Shown here piece by piece: positions 21,797 to 32,243 of a stretch of 64,000 nt of DNA. The translations under genes were made by a program, and so were the position numbers. This DNA is from Candidatus Latescibacterota bacterium (GTDB lineage: Bacteria; Latescibacterota; UBA2968; SICM01). The notes below the pieces were generated by a model. That model did not search any database. It was not told the DNA's origin and saw nothing but the letters and a program-made list of their open reading frames with translations. The DNA is taken from positions 64,001-128,000 of the forward strand of contig CBDCJO010000002.1 of the NCBI GenBank assembly GCA_965217865.1, written 5' to 3'. Position 1 is the first letter of the stretch. Each line of letters begins with the position of its first letter.

Positions 21797-22879
21797 ATGA
21801 TCTCAACCATCACTGAAAAAGTTTTTGGAGGGGAACGTCTTTCCATTCAGGACGGACTCGACCTCTTCCGACACCCAAATCTCGCAGAATTGGGCATATT
21901 GGCGAATCACGTCCGATGGAAGAAACACCCCGAAAGGGTCGTCACCTATGTCGTGGGGAGAAACATCAACTATACGAACCTCTGCTGGGTGCGATGTAAA
22001 TTTTGTGCGTTCTACCGCCCCCCAGGCTCCAACGAAGGTTACGTCCTCCCCCGAGAGGAAATCTTCGAAAAGATCCAGGAATTGGTGGATATTGGCGGAA
22101 CGAAACCGAAAACCTGTGAAGTCCTCATGCAGGGAGGCCTCAATCATAAGCTCAAACTCGACTACTACCTGGATCTTATCGGTTCGATTAAAAATAGATT
22201 CCCCTCGGTTCACATGCACTCCCTTTCCGCCACGGAAATCGTCTACATCGCTCATATCTCCCGTCTCTCTCTCGAAGCGTGCATCAAGGCCTTGAGAGAT
22301 GCCGGTCTGGATTCGATCCCCGGTGCAGGAGCGGAGATCCTCTCCGACGATGTTCGTCAGATCATCGGTTTCCGAAAGGATACCGTCTCCGAATGGCTCG
22401 ATGTCCATCGCATCGCTCACCGCCTGGGAATGCGGACCTCCGGGACGATGATGTACGGACACGTCGAGACCGATGAACAGCGGATGGAGCACCTGAACCT
22501 TATCCGGGATCTCCAGGATGAGACAGGGGGTTTTACGGCCTTTATCCCGTGGAGCTTCCAGCCTTCCGGTACCGAATTGGCCGGGGAATGGGAAGGAACG
22601 AAGGCCACTGGTTTCGATTACCTCCGCACTACGGCCATCGCACGTCTCTACCTGAACAACATCGATAACATTCAGGCATCCTGGGTTACTCAAGGCCCCA
22701 AGATTGCGCAGATCGGTCTTCATTATGGTGTAAACGATTTCGGAAGCACCATGATGGAGGAGAACGTGGTAAGTGCGGCCGGAACGAAATACTGTATGCC
22801 GATCCAGGAGATCGCTAGACTCATTCGGGATGTGGGCTGCGAACCCGTTCGGCGAAATACGGGGTACGGAATCGTATGA
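21797..22879 (+). CDS. mqnC: Cyclic dehypoxanthinyl futalosine synthase
   Basis: RNINYTNLCWVRCKFCAFYR, LMQGG, IQASWVTQG, NDFGSTMMEENVV. Confidence 0.92.
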   Translation: MISTITEKVFGGERLSIQDGLDLFRHPNLAELGILANHVRWKKHPERVVTYVVGRNINYTNLCWVRCKFCAFYRPPGSNEGYVLPREEIFEKIQELVDIGGTKPKTCEVLMQGGLNHKLKLDYYLDLIGSIKNRFPSVHMHSLSATEIVYIAHISRLSLEACIKALRDAGLDSIPGAGAEILSDDVRQIIGFRKDTVSEWLDVHRIAHRLGMRTSGTMMYGHVETDEQRMEHLNLIRDLQDETGGFTAFIPWSFQPSGTELAGEWEGTKATGFDYLRTTAIARLYLNNIDNIQASWVTQGPKIAQIGLHYGVNDFGSTMMEENVVSAAGTKYCMPIQEIARLIRDVGCEPVRRNTGYGIV

Positions 22880-23676
22880 GTATCCGACTCGGCGTCGTTA
22901 ACTACCTCAATACGAAACCGCTTGTCTACGCGCTGGAGCGGAACCTAGTCCCCCACCGCTTTGAACTCATCTACGATGTGCCCTCTGCCTGTGCCAGCCT
23001 GCTCGCCCGAAGAGAACTGGATCTAGCTATAATCCCGTCGATCGAATACGCCCGATCCGAAGTCTACCATATCGTCCCCGACGTGTCGATCGCCTGCGAC
23101 GGCCCTGTGAAAAGCGCTCTCCTTATCTCCCCGGTGAACATCGACAAGATCCGGTCCGTTGCCCTCGACACGAATTCCCGGAGTAGCACCGCACTTTCTC
23201 GCATCTTGATGCAGCGAATTCACGGATTTACCGGGGAATTCATCGACCATTCTCCGAACCTCGACGCTATGCTGAAAGTTGCCGATGCAGCGGTCCTGAT
23301 CGGTGACTGTGCTCTCGAAATCGAACAATCAAACGTCAGAATCTGGGACCTGGGTGAGATGTGGCGGCAAAATACCGGACTGCCTTTTGTCTTCGCCGTC
23401 TGGGCGGGTGTCCCAGGGGTTCTGTCCCCCGAAGATGTGTCTGCCCTGATAGAGGCAAAGCGGATCGGACTGGGCTTTGTGGACGAGATCTCAACAACCT
23501 TCGGGGAGGGACATCGAGGATCTGCCGCTTTCTATGAATCCTACCTCACAAAGCATATCCTCTACGAATTCGGTGAGAAGGAATCCGAAGGCCTCAGGAC
23601 CTTCTACCGGCACGCGGCATCCCTGGACATAATTCCGAACGAACCCGAAATTCGTTTTTACGACCGTTCCAAATAG
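22876..23676 (+). CDS. mqnA: Chorismate dehydratase (futalosine pathway)
   Basis: VNYLNTKPL, SRSSTAL, LIGD.AL, DLGEMW...TGLPFVFAVW; overlaps the mqnC stop. Confidence 0.9.
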   Translation: MSIRLGVVNYLNTKPLVYALERNLVPHRFELIYDVPSACASLLARRELDLAIIPSIEYARSEVYHIVPDVSIACDGPVKSALLISPVNIDKIRSVALDTNSRSSTALSRILMQRIHGFTGEFIDHSPNLDAMLKVADAAVLIGDCALEIEQSNVRIWDLGEMWRQNTGLPFVFAVWAGVPGVLSPEDVSALIEAKRIGLGFVDEISTTFGEGHRGSAAFYESYLTKHILYEFGEKESEGLRTFYRHAASLDIIPNEPEIRFYDRSK

Positions 23677-24089
23677 GAACTTGGCTTTGTCCACGAAGGT
23701 TGCCTAGCGGAGATTGAGGATTTTAATGTTGTCGATGCGGATCGGCGGCTAGAATCGGTATTGACAGAAATTCAAGCAAAGTTGATTGAGGCTTGTCCTG
23801 GAATTCTCGACGGAGTCCGATCGAGAAAGAAATTTCGTCGCATATTGGACAATGGTGGAATGCTGACTCAGCCCCCTTCCGAAAGTTGCGGTGGTAACGC
23901 CGAAAATACTTTATCTCTTCCCTTTCTAGGAACTCGTACCGAACAACACCTCAAATACGGAAGAAGGGCGACTGGGGCCGTGGAAGAAGTGGAGTACTGG
24001 ATGCTAAACACGGGATGGATGGTTATCACTTTGCTCCCCCTTGAGGGAGCGGGCCATCGGTCGGCGAACGGGCAGCATATGTTGGTACG

Positions 24090-24250
24090 GCTCTGGGGAT
24101 TCCCGAGGACATCCGTTGCCATCTTGAGCCTATCAAGAATGTGGCCAGGATTCGTTTGACCAAAGTCCTCATTGAGGGGATCAGCTCCCCATCAGTGGAT
24201 CAAATATACCACCCGAGGGTTCCGTAATTACGACGAATTAAACACAACGA
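24090..24250 (+). mobile_element. ISL3-family transposase C-terminal remnant
   Basis: Fragments RCHLEPIKNVAR, LIEGIS and QWIKYTTRGFRN match the ISL3 EGxNxxI..IK..ARGFRN tail. Confidence 0.6.
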
Positions 24251-24277
24251 CCTGATCCATGTCAGAGGCCTGAATCT

Positions 24278-27200
24278 TTGCTCACATTAAACCTGGAAGA
24301 ACCCAAGAAGATGAGCCCTGAAGTCGAGCTTTTACTCTGTTGCGCCCGGACATCCATGGACTCCGAGATAAATGAGCGGGTCAGAGCCTTGCTCCGGGAA
24401 TACATAGACTGGGAGTACCTGATCGAGATATCATCTCTTCATGGTATGAAGCCACTTTTATATTGGCATCTTAAGAATATTTCCACGGATTTTGTGCCAA
24501 AAACTATCGCAAAAGATCTTAAAGACCATTATCTCAATACTACTAAAATAAATGAGTTTCTGGCCTCAGAGTTGATAAAGGTTCTGAATTTATTTAAAGA
24601 CCACGAAATTCCAGCTCTCACATTCAAAGGACCCATTCTAGCTGCTTCGGTTTATGGCAACCTCTCACTTCGGCAATTTGGAGACATAGACGTCTTGATT
24701 CACAAGCGAAATGTTCCTAAAGCCAAAGACTTGCTCATCTCTGAGGGGTTTGAATCATATAAAAATATTCAACTTACTGGCGCAGAGGAAGCGTCTTTCC
24801 TTCAAGCCACGGAAGAATTGGACCTTCTAGGTAGGAAAAGCGACGATGATATCGAAGACATCCCGTGTTGGGTAGATCTGCATTGGGCAGTCAAAGGCGC
24901 GGCGGAATACTACCTCCCATTGGATGTCGATGATTTCTGGGGCAATCTCGAAGAAGTACCCCTAGCTGGTACTACAGCACAAGGCTTTTCTGCGGAGGAT
25001 ACACTTATAACCCTCTGCATACATGGGACCAAAACTCTATGGACCTTATTTTGGAAACCATTAAGTTTGATCTGCGACATTGCCGAACTGGTTCGCGTCC
25101 ATCCGGAGATAGATTTGGGACGAGTTATAGAGCATGCCGGAAGACTTGGTTGTGAACGAATAGTCGCCCTCGGTCTTTTCCTGGCAAACGATATCTTAGG
25201 AGCATCTCTACCAAAAGAAGTTTTGCAGAGGGTACAAGCCGACCCAGTAGTAAGATATTTCGCCACGCTAGTTAAGAGACATATGTTGTTCCAAACCCAC
25301 ACTGGGACTGCTTCTATGGAGGAGTGTACTGACATCAATCATATTGACCTCGACTTGATTCAGGAAATCAACCCTAGCGTCGATTTGTTTGTCATGCATG
25401 TCAATAACCTCATCGACGCGATAACGTTCGGTGTGACGGTACCATGGAAGGATAAACAGATCTATTCTAGTGACATCATAGACTGTGCTCAAGAACTAAA
25501 TAGGCACCGGGAATTCATCGGTAGGGATTGGTTGACAAGGCGAGTTCAGGAGTTTGTTGGCAGGTGTAATAGCGGTTTCCTGTTACTAACAGCTGAACCA
25601 GGGATTGGAAAAAGTGCCTTTGTTGCAAATCAAGTAAGCTCCAATAAGCAAAGAAGTGTCTTCCATTTCATCAGAAATGATATGGGGTATTGGGACGATC
25701 CTGATTCTATTCTCCGATCGCTAATTGGTCAACTGCGCCATAAATACAATCTACCAGAAATCGATAGCGAACAACGTATGACTCCTAAAGTTGCTTTTCT
25801 TGCCATGCTTCGGCTTGTTAGTAATGGATTAAATGGACAGAAGGAAGTTATCTATCTGGATGGATTAGATGAAGCTTTTGGATCAGGAGGGAGGTTTACT
25901 CAAATTACGCTGTCTGACTTTTTACCGCGTGATGATGGGCCAATTTTACCTAATGGTATTTTTATAGTACTCACTTCGCGTCCGGGCAACCACCTGAAAT
26001 GGTTGATGGACCTGAAGTTATGTGAGGTAGAAACTCTCGATCCTAATGCACAGGATAACAAGGATGATATCCATACCTATGTGTGTCATAAAAATCAGGT
26101 GGGGAACCTGGGGCTCACAGAAAGTTTCATTGAATACTTGGTAGACGCCTGCGAAGGAATTTTCGCTGTCGCTTTGATATATCTACGGATGCATCCAGAT
26201 TTAAGTAAGGAACTAACCAGGCAACGGGATCCATCTATTATTCCACGCGGTTTGGCAGATTGGTTTGTGAAACAGTGGACTCATGTGGTAACAGCAGCCC
26301 AACAACAGGGAATCGATCAAAATGTAGTGCGGGGCATTTTAGGATTGATGACGGTTGCCCGGGAACCCCTTGCCAAAGAGCACTTGATTGAGTTTCTGTC
26401 ACTGAAGAAGGGAACACCATCCGTTGGATTTCTAAATTTAGAGAAAATGGCACCTGACTTAGATAAGGTTCTAAATTTGTCACAAGAGTTCTTTGACTCT
26501 CCAAGCATGAAACAAGATGAAGTCAAATACTATCGGTTCTTCCACTCCAGTTTGTCTGAATTCATTACAGCAGATTTGTCAGAAGAAGAAAGGTCTGATT
26601 GCCATCGCCTTTTCGCAGAAAAGTGTGAAGCTTGGAATCAATTTCAAGGAGCTATTCGAAAATATGCTCTCCGCTATCGATTAAGTCATTTAATCGCCGC
26701 AGAAGAATGGGGCCAACTTGCTAAAGCATTTGCTGAGACCGATTTCATCGTGGAACGCAACAAGAAGTTTGGATTTGCTGAGATTTATTCGGACGCCAAT
26801 TTCATGATGCATGACTCGAGAATACCTCAAGACCTATACGAGGCATTCCGAGAGTGGGAACGTTTTCTTCGTAGGCGCATCGAGCAGTTTAGAGATTTCC
26901 CGGAGGCTTATCTTCAAGAGATAATCAATGAGTTTTTACCTTTAGCTTCCAAACCATTTGCCAGTGTTTTCAAGCTGGTAAAAGATACTTTCCTTCCTCC
27001 TTCCTCCTTCTGTCAGAAAATATTTGGCCCTCCTGCCATAAGAGGCACAGGCCACAGAGATCAGATCTCAAGTGTTGCCTTTTCTAACGATGAAAAATTT
27101 ATAGCTACCGGAAGCCGTGACAGTACAGTGAAAGTGTGGGAGATAGCAACCGGCCTGTTGATAGCGAATCTAATCAAAGATAATAAAGAACCGGTGCTAT

Positions 27201-28921
27201 GCATTGCCTTTTCTCTCGACGCCAAATTCATTGCAATGCAAAGTGCGGATGGCGCAGTGAAAGTGTGGGATGTGCAGACCGGAGTTCTTGTCTCAAGCTG
27301 TGTAGGGCTTTCCGGTTGGGATGTTAACATGGCATTTTCACCTGATGGAAGGTTCGTTGCAGCAGGAAATTCGGCTGGATTAGTTAAGATATGTGAGGCA
27401 CAGACTGGACGACTGATAGGAGAATGTGTTGGACACAAGGCCAATATATCTTGTACCGTCTTTTCTCATAGTGGAAAGTATGTTGCATCTGGAAGTTGTG
27501 ACAGTACTGTCAAAATTTGGGAGGTAGAAACTGGGAAACTGGTGGCAGATTGTATAGGACATAGGGACTGGGTGAATGCTGTTGTATTTTCGCCCGACGA
27601 AAAGTTAGTAGCGTCCGGAAGTAATGACAAAACAGTAAAAGTGTGGGAAGTTGAAACCGGACAGTTGATAGGAGACTGTGTTGGACATAATGATTCAGTA
27701 TTCAGTGTCACCTTTTCTCAAGATGGACAATTTATAGTATCGGGAAGTAAAGATAAAACTGTTAAGGTATGGGAAGCAAAAACTGGACGAGTGGTGGCAA
27801 ATTGTTTGGGGCATACAGACTGGGTACTATCCGTTGATTCTGCTAAAGATTTTGTTACATCCGGGAGTCGTGACAATACCATTAAGGTATGGGAAGCAAA
27901 AACTGGACATTTGGTAGCAGATTGTATAGGCCATAAAGACATGGTTTTCAGCGTTAACTTTTCCCAAGATGGACAATTCGTCGCATCCGGAAGCTGGGAT
28001 GACACAGTTAAGGTTTGGGAGGTAGAGAGTGGAAAGTTGGCAAAAGATTTGGCGGTAAGGCAAGGCGACGACAATGTAAGTTGTGTAGCCTTCTCACACG
28101 ATGCTAAGCTAGTGGCAACGGGGGACAAAGATGGGATGGTGAAAGTAGAGGAGACGAGGAACAGACAACGGTTATCAAACTGCATTGGTCATGAAGGAAC
28201 TGTAAACGATATTGTCTTTTCTCCTGACGGAAGATTTATAGGGTCAGGAGGTGATGATGGAACGGTGAAGGTTTGGGAGACCCATACAGGACAACTGATA
28301 ATAGATTGTGTTGGACATCCAGACTGGGTTTTCAGCGTTGATTTTTCCCATGATGGAAAGTATGTGGCATCTGGGAGTTGGGACAATACTGTTAAGATAT
28401 GGGAGACACAAACGGGAAAGAGGGTAGTAGATTGTATTGGACATGAGGGCAAAGTGACCAGCGTTGCCTTTTCTGCCGATGGACGATTTCTGGTATCGGG
28501 TAGTGATGACAGGAAGGTAAAAATATGTGATATAGTGACTGGGCGACTGGTATCCGACTTCGTAGGGCACAAGGATAGTGTAAACACGGTTGCTTTTTCT
28601 CCTGATGGAAAATTTATAGCTTCTGGAAGCCGGGACAATACTGTAAAGATATGGGAAGTGGCAACACAAAAAGTGGTGGCTGACTGCATAGAGCATAAGG
28701 ATCATGTAAATACAGTTGCTTTTTCAGCAGACGGAAGTTTTGTGGCGTCAGGAAGCAAAGATAGGAGTGTGAAAATATGGAAGGACTTGGAAGGCTTATG
28801 CATTAATACTCTGTTTTTCGACTATCCGTTGATCAAGGTTGGCTTTACTGCTATACCCACTCGTTCTTTACTAGTTGCTGATCTCAAAGGCCAGATTTTC
28901 GGTTATGAAATAACTATCTAA
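24278..28921 (+). CDS. Nucleotidyltransferase (NTP_transf_5-like) + NACHT/STAND ATPase + WD40-repeat protein
   Basis: N-term FKGPILA..Y....RQFGDIDVLI and VDLHW; central FIGRDWL, AEPGIGKS (Walker A), YLDGLDE (Walker B), LTSRP, FFHSSL.EF; C-terminal WD40 array. Confidence 0.88.
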   Translation: MLTLNLEEPKKMSPEVELLLCCARTSMDSEINERVRALLREYIDWEYLIEISSLHGMKPLLYWHLKNISTDFVPKTIAKDLKDHYLNTTKINEFLASELIKVLNLFKDHEIPALTFKGPILAASVYGNLSLRQFGDIDVLIHKRNVPKAKDLLISEGFESYKNIQLTGAEEASFLQATEELDLLGRKSDDDIEDIPCWVDLHWAVKGAAEYYLPLDVDDFWGNLEEVPLAGTTAQGFSAEDTLITLCIHGTKTLWTLFWKPLSLICDIAELVRVHPEIDLGRVIEHAGRLGCERIVALGLFLANDILGASLPKEVLQRVQADPVVRYFATLVKRHMLFQTHTGTASMEECTDINHIDLDLIQEINPSVDLFVMHVNNLIDAITFGVTVPWKDKQIYSSDIIDCAQELNRHREFIGRDWLTRRVQEFVGRCNSGFLLLTAEPGIGKSAFVANQVSSNKQRSVFHFIRNDMGYWDDPDSILRSLIGQLRHKYNLPEIDSEQRMTPKVAFLAMLRLVSNGLNGQKEVIYLDGLDEAFGSGGRFTQITLSDFLPRDDGPILPNGIFIVLTSRPGNHLKWLMDLKLCEVETLDPNAQDNKDDIHTYVCHKNQVGNLGLTESFIEYLVDACEGIFAVALIYLRMHPDLSKELTRQRDPSIIPRGLADWFVKQWTHVVTAAQQQGIDQNVVRGILGLMTVAREPLAKEHLIEFLSLKKGTPSVGFLNLEKMAPDLDKVLNLSQEFFDSPSMKQDEVKYYRFFHSSLSEFITADLSEEERSDCHRLFAEKCEAWNQFQGAIRKYALRYRLSHLIAAEEWGQLAKAFAETDFIVERNKKFGFAEIYSDANFMMHDSRIPQDLYEAFREWERFLRRRIEQFRDFPEAYLQEIINEFLPLASKPFASVFKLVKDTFLPPSSFCQKIFGPPAIRGTGHRDQISSVAFSNDEKFIATGSRDSTVKVWEIATGLLIANLIKDNKEPVLCIAFSLDAKFIAMQSADGAVKVWDVQTGVLVSSCVGLSGWDVNMAFSPDGRFVAAGNSAGLVKICEAQTGRLIGECVGHKANISCTVFSHSGKYVASGSCDSTVKIWEVETGKLVADCIGHRDWVNAVVFSPDEKLVASGSNDKTVKVWEVETGQLIGDCVGHNDSVFSVTFSQDGQFIVSGSKDKTVKVWEAKTGRVVANCLGHTDWVLSVDSAKDFVTSGSRDNTIKVWEAKTGHLVADCIGHKDMVFSVNFSQDGQFVASGSWDDTVKVWEVESGKLAKDLAVRQGDDNVSCVAFSHDAKLVATGDKDGMVKVEETRNRQRLSNCIGHEGTVNDIVFSPDGRFIGSGGDDGTVKVWETHTGQLIIDCVGHPDWVFSVDFSHDGKYVASGSWDNTVKIWETQTGKRVVDCIGHEGKVTSVAFSADGRFLVSGSDDRKVKICDIVTGRLVSDFVGHKDSVNTVAFSPDGKFIASGSRDNTVKIWEVATQKVVADCIEHKDHVNTVAFSADGSFVASGSKDRSVKIWKDLEGLCINTLFFDYPLIKVGFTAIPTRSLLVADLKGQIFGYEITI
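27050..28918 (+). repeat. WD40 tandem array: 14 units of about 126 bp plus one degenerate unit
   Basis: Consensus GHxDxVxSVxFSxDGxFVASGSxDxTVKVWExxTGxLVxDCI, counted in the translation. Confidence 0.9.
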
Positions 28922-29199
28922 AGCCAAAGATACGAAACACACAATTTAGTTTTAACATTGCTGTAAACAGCAACACTTCACTTTCCCCTCCCCCCCTTGC
29001 TCAAAATTCCCGTCACCAATCTTGGGCAACCATAAAATTTGCGAAGTTGCATATTCTTTTATTCTGCAATACTGACGTATGCGGGATATGTGGATTTTGT
29101 CTTGCTTTGAACTCTCTGCATCTATATATTCTGAAGATGGTTATCTAAAGTCCCCCTATCAAATTTCCTGTTACGTGAGGGTTCCCTTTGGTTGGAACA

Positions 29200-31572
29200 A
29201 TGGTAGAAATGGAATCACTGAATTTTGAAGGTACAGCTCAAAATGATATTCCAAAGGATGTCTTCGACAGCCTGAAAGACCTGATGCATCCTGAGGAGAA
29301 AGTGCAACTATCTGCGTCCACAGATCTCAGGTCCGACGGAACATATGGATCTGATTGGATACTTGCTACGGATCGACAACTGTATGCGTTCAGACCAAAT
29401 GGAGAAGAGCCACCTGGCATAATCCAAATTCCCCTCATGGAGATTGTGGAAGCGCAGGTCGAAGATTCACCTTGCAGCGGGGTTCTCAAAGTGCGAACGG
29501 TCCACAAAGGATTCACTCTAGCGCACTTTACGAGAACACTCCTCCCACGATTCTCAAATCTTTCAAAGCAGATATTAACCCTTGTTCAAGAGATTGGGTT
29601 TGAAGGAAATCAAGAAAGGAGAGGTGACTCCAAGCGTCCTACCACTCATGCTGAGGAAAAGAGATGCGAAAAATGTGGGTGGGTTATTGCTCATTTTACA
29701 AACATTTGCCACAATTGCCTTCCAAAGCGCAAGCACCTAACTCGAATCCTCAGCTATGTTTTCCCTTTTTGGGGGCTAACTCTTGTCAGTCTTATCCTTC
29801 TTCTAGTTGCCACCTTCATTGGCCTTACTCCTCCGCTGATCATGCGGACTCTTATTGATGACGTTCTTGCGCCTGCACGGCTAGACCTGTCATCCACTCG
29901 GTTAAAATCGCCTTCCGATAGAGAAAGTGGCCACGGTAGTATGCGTGGAAGGGATGAGGGAGTACCTATATCAAAAGGTAGTGGTGACACAGCGAAGTTA
30001 GCCAGATTGGTGATTCTTCTGCTCTTAGTAAATGTTTCACGGAATGGGCTGGGGGCTTTCAGAAGCTACCTTTTGGCCAAGCTCGGTCAGAGAATCACCT
30101 TCAATCTAAGATGTCAGGTTTATCGGCACATCCACAACCTATCCCTGAGTTTTTACAATAGAGGCACTGGATGGATCATCCACCACATCACGAATGATGT
30201 CGGTAAGATTCAAGATTTCATCACCCAGAAACTTCAAGACAGCATCGTTAATATACTAACCCTTCTTATTATCTGTTGCATTCTTTTCTATCTAAACCCT
30301 GGATTGGCCGCCCTCGTACTGCTTCCGACTCCGTTCTATGTAATTGCCACCGTGTTTTTCGGTCGACGGATAGGAGACAAGACAAAGGTTCTTGCACGCC
30401 GATGGGCTGGACTAAGTGGACTTCTTGGGGATGTTATTTCGGGAATTAGGGTAGTGAGATCATTTGCTCAAGAAAAGCGGGAGGTGAATAAGTTTGAGAG
30501 GAAAAACTGGGATCTCTATAAGGGCGAACTTGGGATGGCGCGAATACAGAGCGGATTTGCACCCCTCATGACCTTCCTCACATCTCTGGGGACTCTCATC
30601 ATTTGGTGGATTGGTGGCCACAAGGTCATAGGAGGAACCCTCACGCTAGGTGACTTTGTAGCCTTCACCAGTTATATGTGGCAGTTCTATGGTCCAGTGG
30701 AATCTCTCTGCAACATCAATCACGGATTTCGGAAGGCAGCAGGTTACTCTTCGCGTGTTTTTGACATCCTAGACACCCCACTTGACAATGGGGATAAGAG
30801 GAATGCTTCTCGAATTAAGCGAGTAGAAGGACGAGTGGAATTCAGGAATGTAACCTTTGCTTACGAACCTGGAAAACCGGTTCTCAAGAACATAAATTTT
30901 GTGGTAGAGCCAGGCGAAATGATTGGCTTGGCGGGACATAGCGGTGCAGGCAAGACGACCTTGATCAACCTCATCTGTAGATTCTACATAGCCCAGGAAG
31001 GGGCAGTATTGATCGATGGATGTGACGTCAGAAACATCCAGTTGAAGTCCTACAGAGAGCAAATCGGGGTAGTTCTTCAGGACACTTTTCTTTTTAACAG
31101 CACTGTAGCTGAGAATATTTCATACGGCAATCCTGAAAGCTCTTTTGATGAAATTATGGCTGCAGCAAAAGCAGCAAGCGCTCATGACTTCATAATGAAT
31201 CTTCCTGATGGATATGAGACATTACTTGGTGAGAGAGGCGCTCGTCTCTCAGGTGGAGAGCGCCAGCGTCTCTCTATTGCTCGAGCTGTTCTCAGAAATC
31301 CGCGCATTCTTTTTCTCGACGAAGCCACATCCAATCTGGATACTGAGACAGAGGCTCGAATCCAGGATGCGTTGGCTAATCTCATCAAGGGACGTACGAC
31401 CTTTGCGATCGCCCATCGACTTTCTACACTTAAACATGCGAACCGACTATTGATTCTCAACCAAGGGGAACTAGGTGAAATAGGGACTCATGATGAATTG
31501 ATTGCCAAAGACGGGATCTACGCCAAGCTCTGTCGAATGCAGAGTGAGATGTCAAGGATTCACGCTTGGTAA
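29200..31572 (+). CDS. ABC exporter (fused TMD + NBD) with N-terminal extension and CxxC...CxxC motif
   Basis: GHSGAGKT, LSGGERQ, LDEAT, IAHRLST; transmembrane segments; CEKC...CHNC. Start could be 29188, 29200 or 29209. Confidence 0.9.
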   Translation: MVEMESLNFEGTAQNDIPKDVFDSLKDLMHPEEKVQLSASTDLRSDGTYGSDWILATDRQLYAFRPNGEEPPGIIQIPLMEIVEAQVEDSPCSGVLKVRTVHKGFTLAHFTRTLLPRFSNLSKQILTLVQEIGFEGNQERRGDSKRPTTHAEEKRCEKCGWVIAHFTNICHNCLPKRKHLTRILSYVFPFWGLTLVSLILLLVATFIGLTPPLIMRTLIDDVLAPARLDLSSTRLKSPSDRESGHGSMRGRDEGVPISKGSGDTAKLARLVILLLLVNVSRNGLGAFRSYLLAKLGQRITFNLRCQVYRHIHNLSLSFYNRGTGWIIHHITNDVGKIQDFITQKLQDSIVNILTLLIICCILFYLNPGLAALVLLPTPFYVIATVFFGRRIGDKTKVLARRWAGLSGLLGDVISGIRVVRSFAQEKREVNKFERKNWDLYKGELGMARIQSGFAPLMTFLTSLGTLIIWWIGGHKVIGGTLTLGDFVAFTSYMWQFYGPVESLCNINHGFRKAAGYSSRVFDILDTPLDNGDKRNASRIKRVEGRVEFRNVTFAYEPGKPVLKNINFVVEPGEMIGLAGHSGAGKTTLINLICRFYIAQEGAVLIDGCDVRNIQLKSYREQIGVVLQDTFLFNSTVAENISYGNPESSFDEIMAAAKAASAHDFIMNLPDGYETLLGERGARLSGGERQRLSIARAVLRNPRILFLDEATSNLDTETEARIQDALANLIKGRTTFAIAHRLSTLKHANRLLILNQGELGEIGTHDELIAKDGIYAKLCRMQSEMSRIHAW

Positions 31573-31589
31573 AATGCAAGGAGAGGAAA

Positions 31590-32114
31590 ATGCAAACACG
31601 GCAAGAAGATATATGTGACCTGGAGGGGGAATTACATTTTTTCGATCCAGAGCAAGTCCGGTTTTCCCTCAACGAGTTTGATGATCTCACAGTTGAACTT
31701 GAGAAAGGAGTTACACACAGCCCTCTCATACTCCGACGTGCTTTTCCATTAACTATGGGGGATCAGTATATTGCTGTAAAGAAAGTCGAGGGTGATGAGT
31801 TAGGAATCATAAGAAAAGTCTCAGATCTTGATCCGGATAGTCAACATGTTCTATACGCCCAGTTGAACATGGTATATTTCGCTCCAAGAATTATCCGAAT
31901 AAATTCCATCAAATCACGTCTGGCAATCAATATTTGGGACGTAGAGACAGACAAGGGACGAACTGTGTTTGAGGCCGAGAACACACATAATGACATAAGA
32001 ATTTTGAAAAGTGGTCGGATCATAATCTATGATGCAGATAGAAACCGATACGAGATTCCAGACTATAGAAAGCTTGATGATGTTAGCCGGGCTCTGGTTG
32101 AGGCTCAAATCTGA
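31590..32114 (+). CDS. DUF1854-family protein
   Basis: RRAFPLT...ELGII....L....YF.P.I..I...WDVETDKG...F...D...NRYEIPD; RBS AGGAGAGG; directly follows its usual ABC partner. Confidence 0.8.
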   Translation: MQTRQEDICDLEGELHFFDPEQVRFSLNEFDDLTVELEKGVTHSPLILRRAFPLTMGDQYIAVKKVEGDELGIIRKVSDLDPDSQHVLYAQLNMVYFAPRIIRINSIKSRLAINIWDVETDKGRTVFEAENTHNDIRILKSGRIIIYDADRNRYEIPDYRKLDDVSRALVEAQI

Positions 32115-32243
32115 TAACTCGGCTGATGACGAACTGTAGGGATAAGTGCCCAGCCTATCTCAGTATATTGATGAGAAGGCGGTGAATATGAATCGCTACT
32201 ATTTAAAGAAGGTGAAGGGTAACCTTGGCCTTGTAGATGGGCG

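Noticed and set aside
23761-24159. 132-aa ORF between mqnA and the NLR gene
   Set aside because: No motifs; overlaps ISL3 debris; probably spurious.
27050-28918. Periodic DNA as a possible CRISPR array or DGR
   Set aside because: The period is an in-frame 126-bp WD40 unit. There are no identical repeats with unique spacers, and no cas or reverse transcriptase gene.
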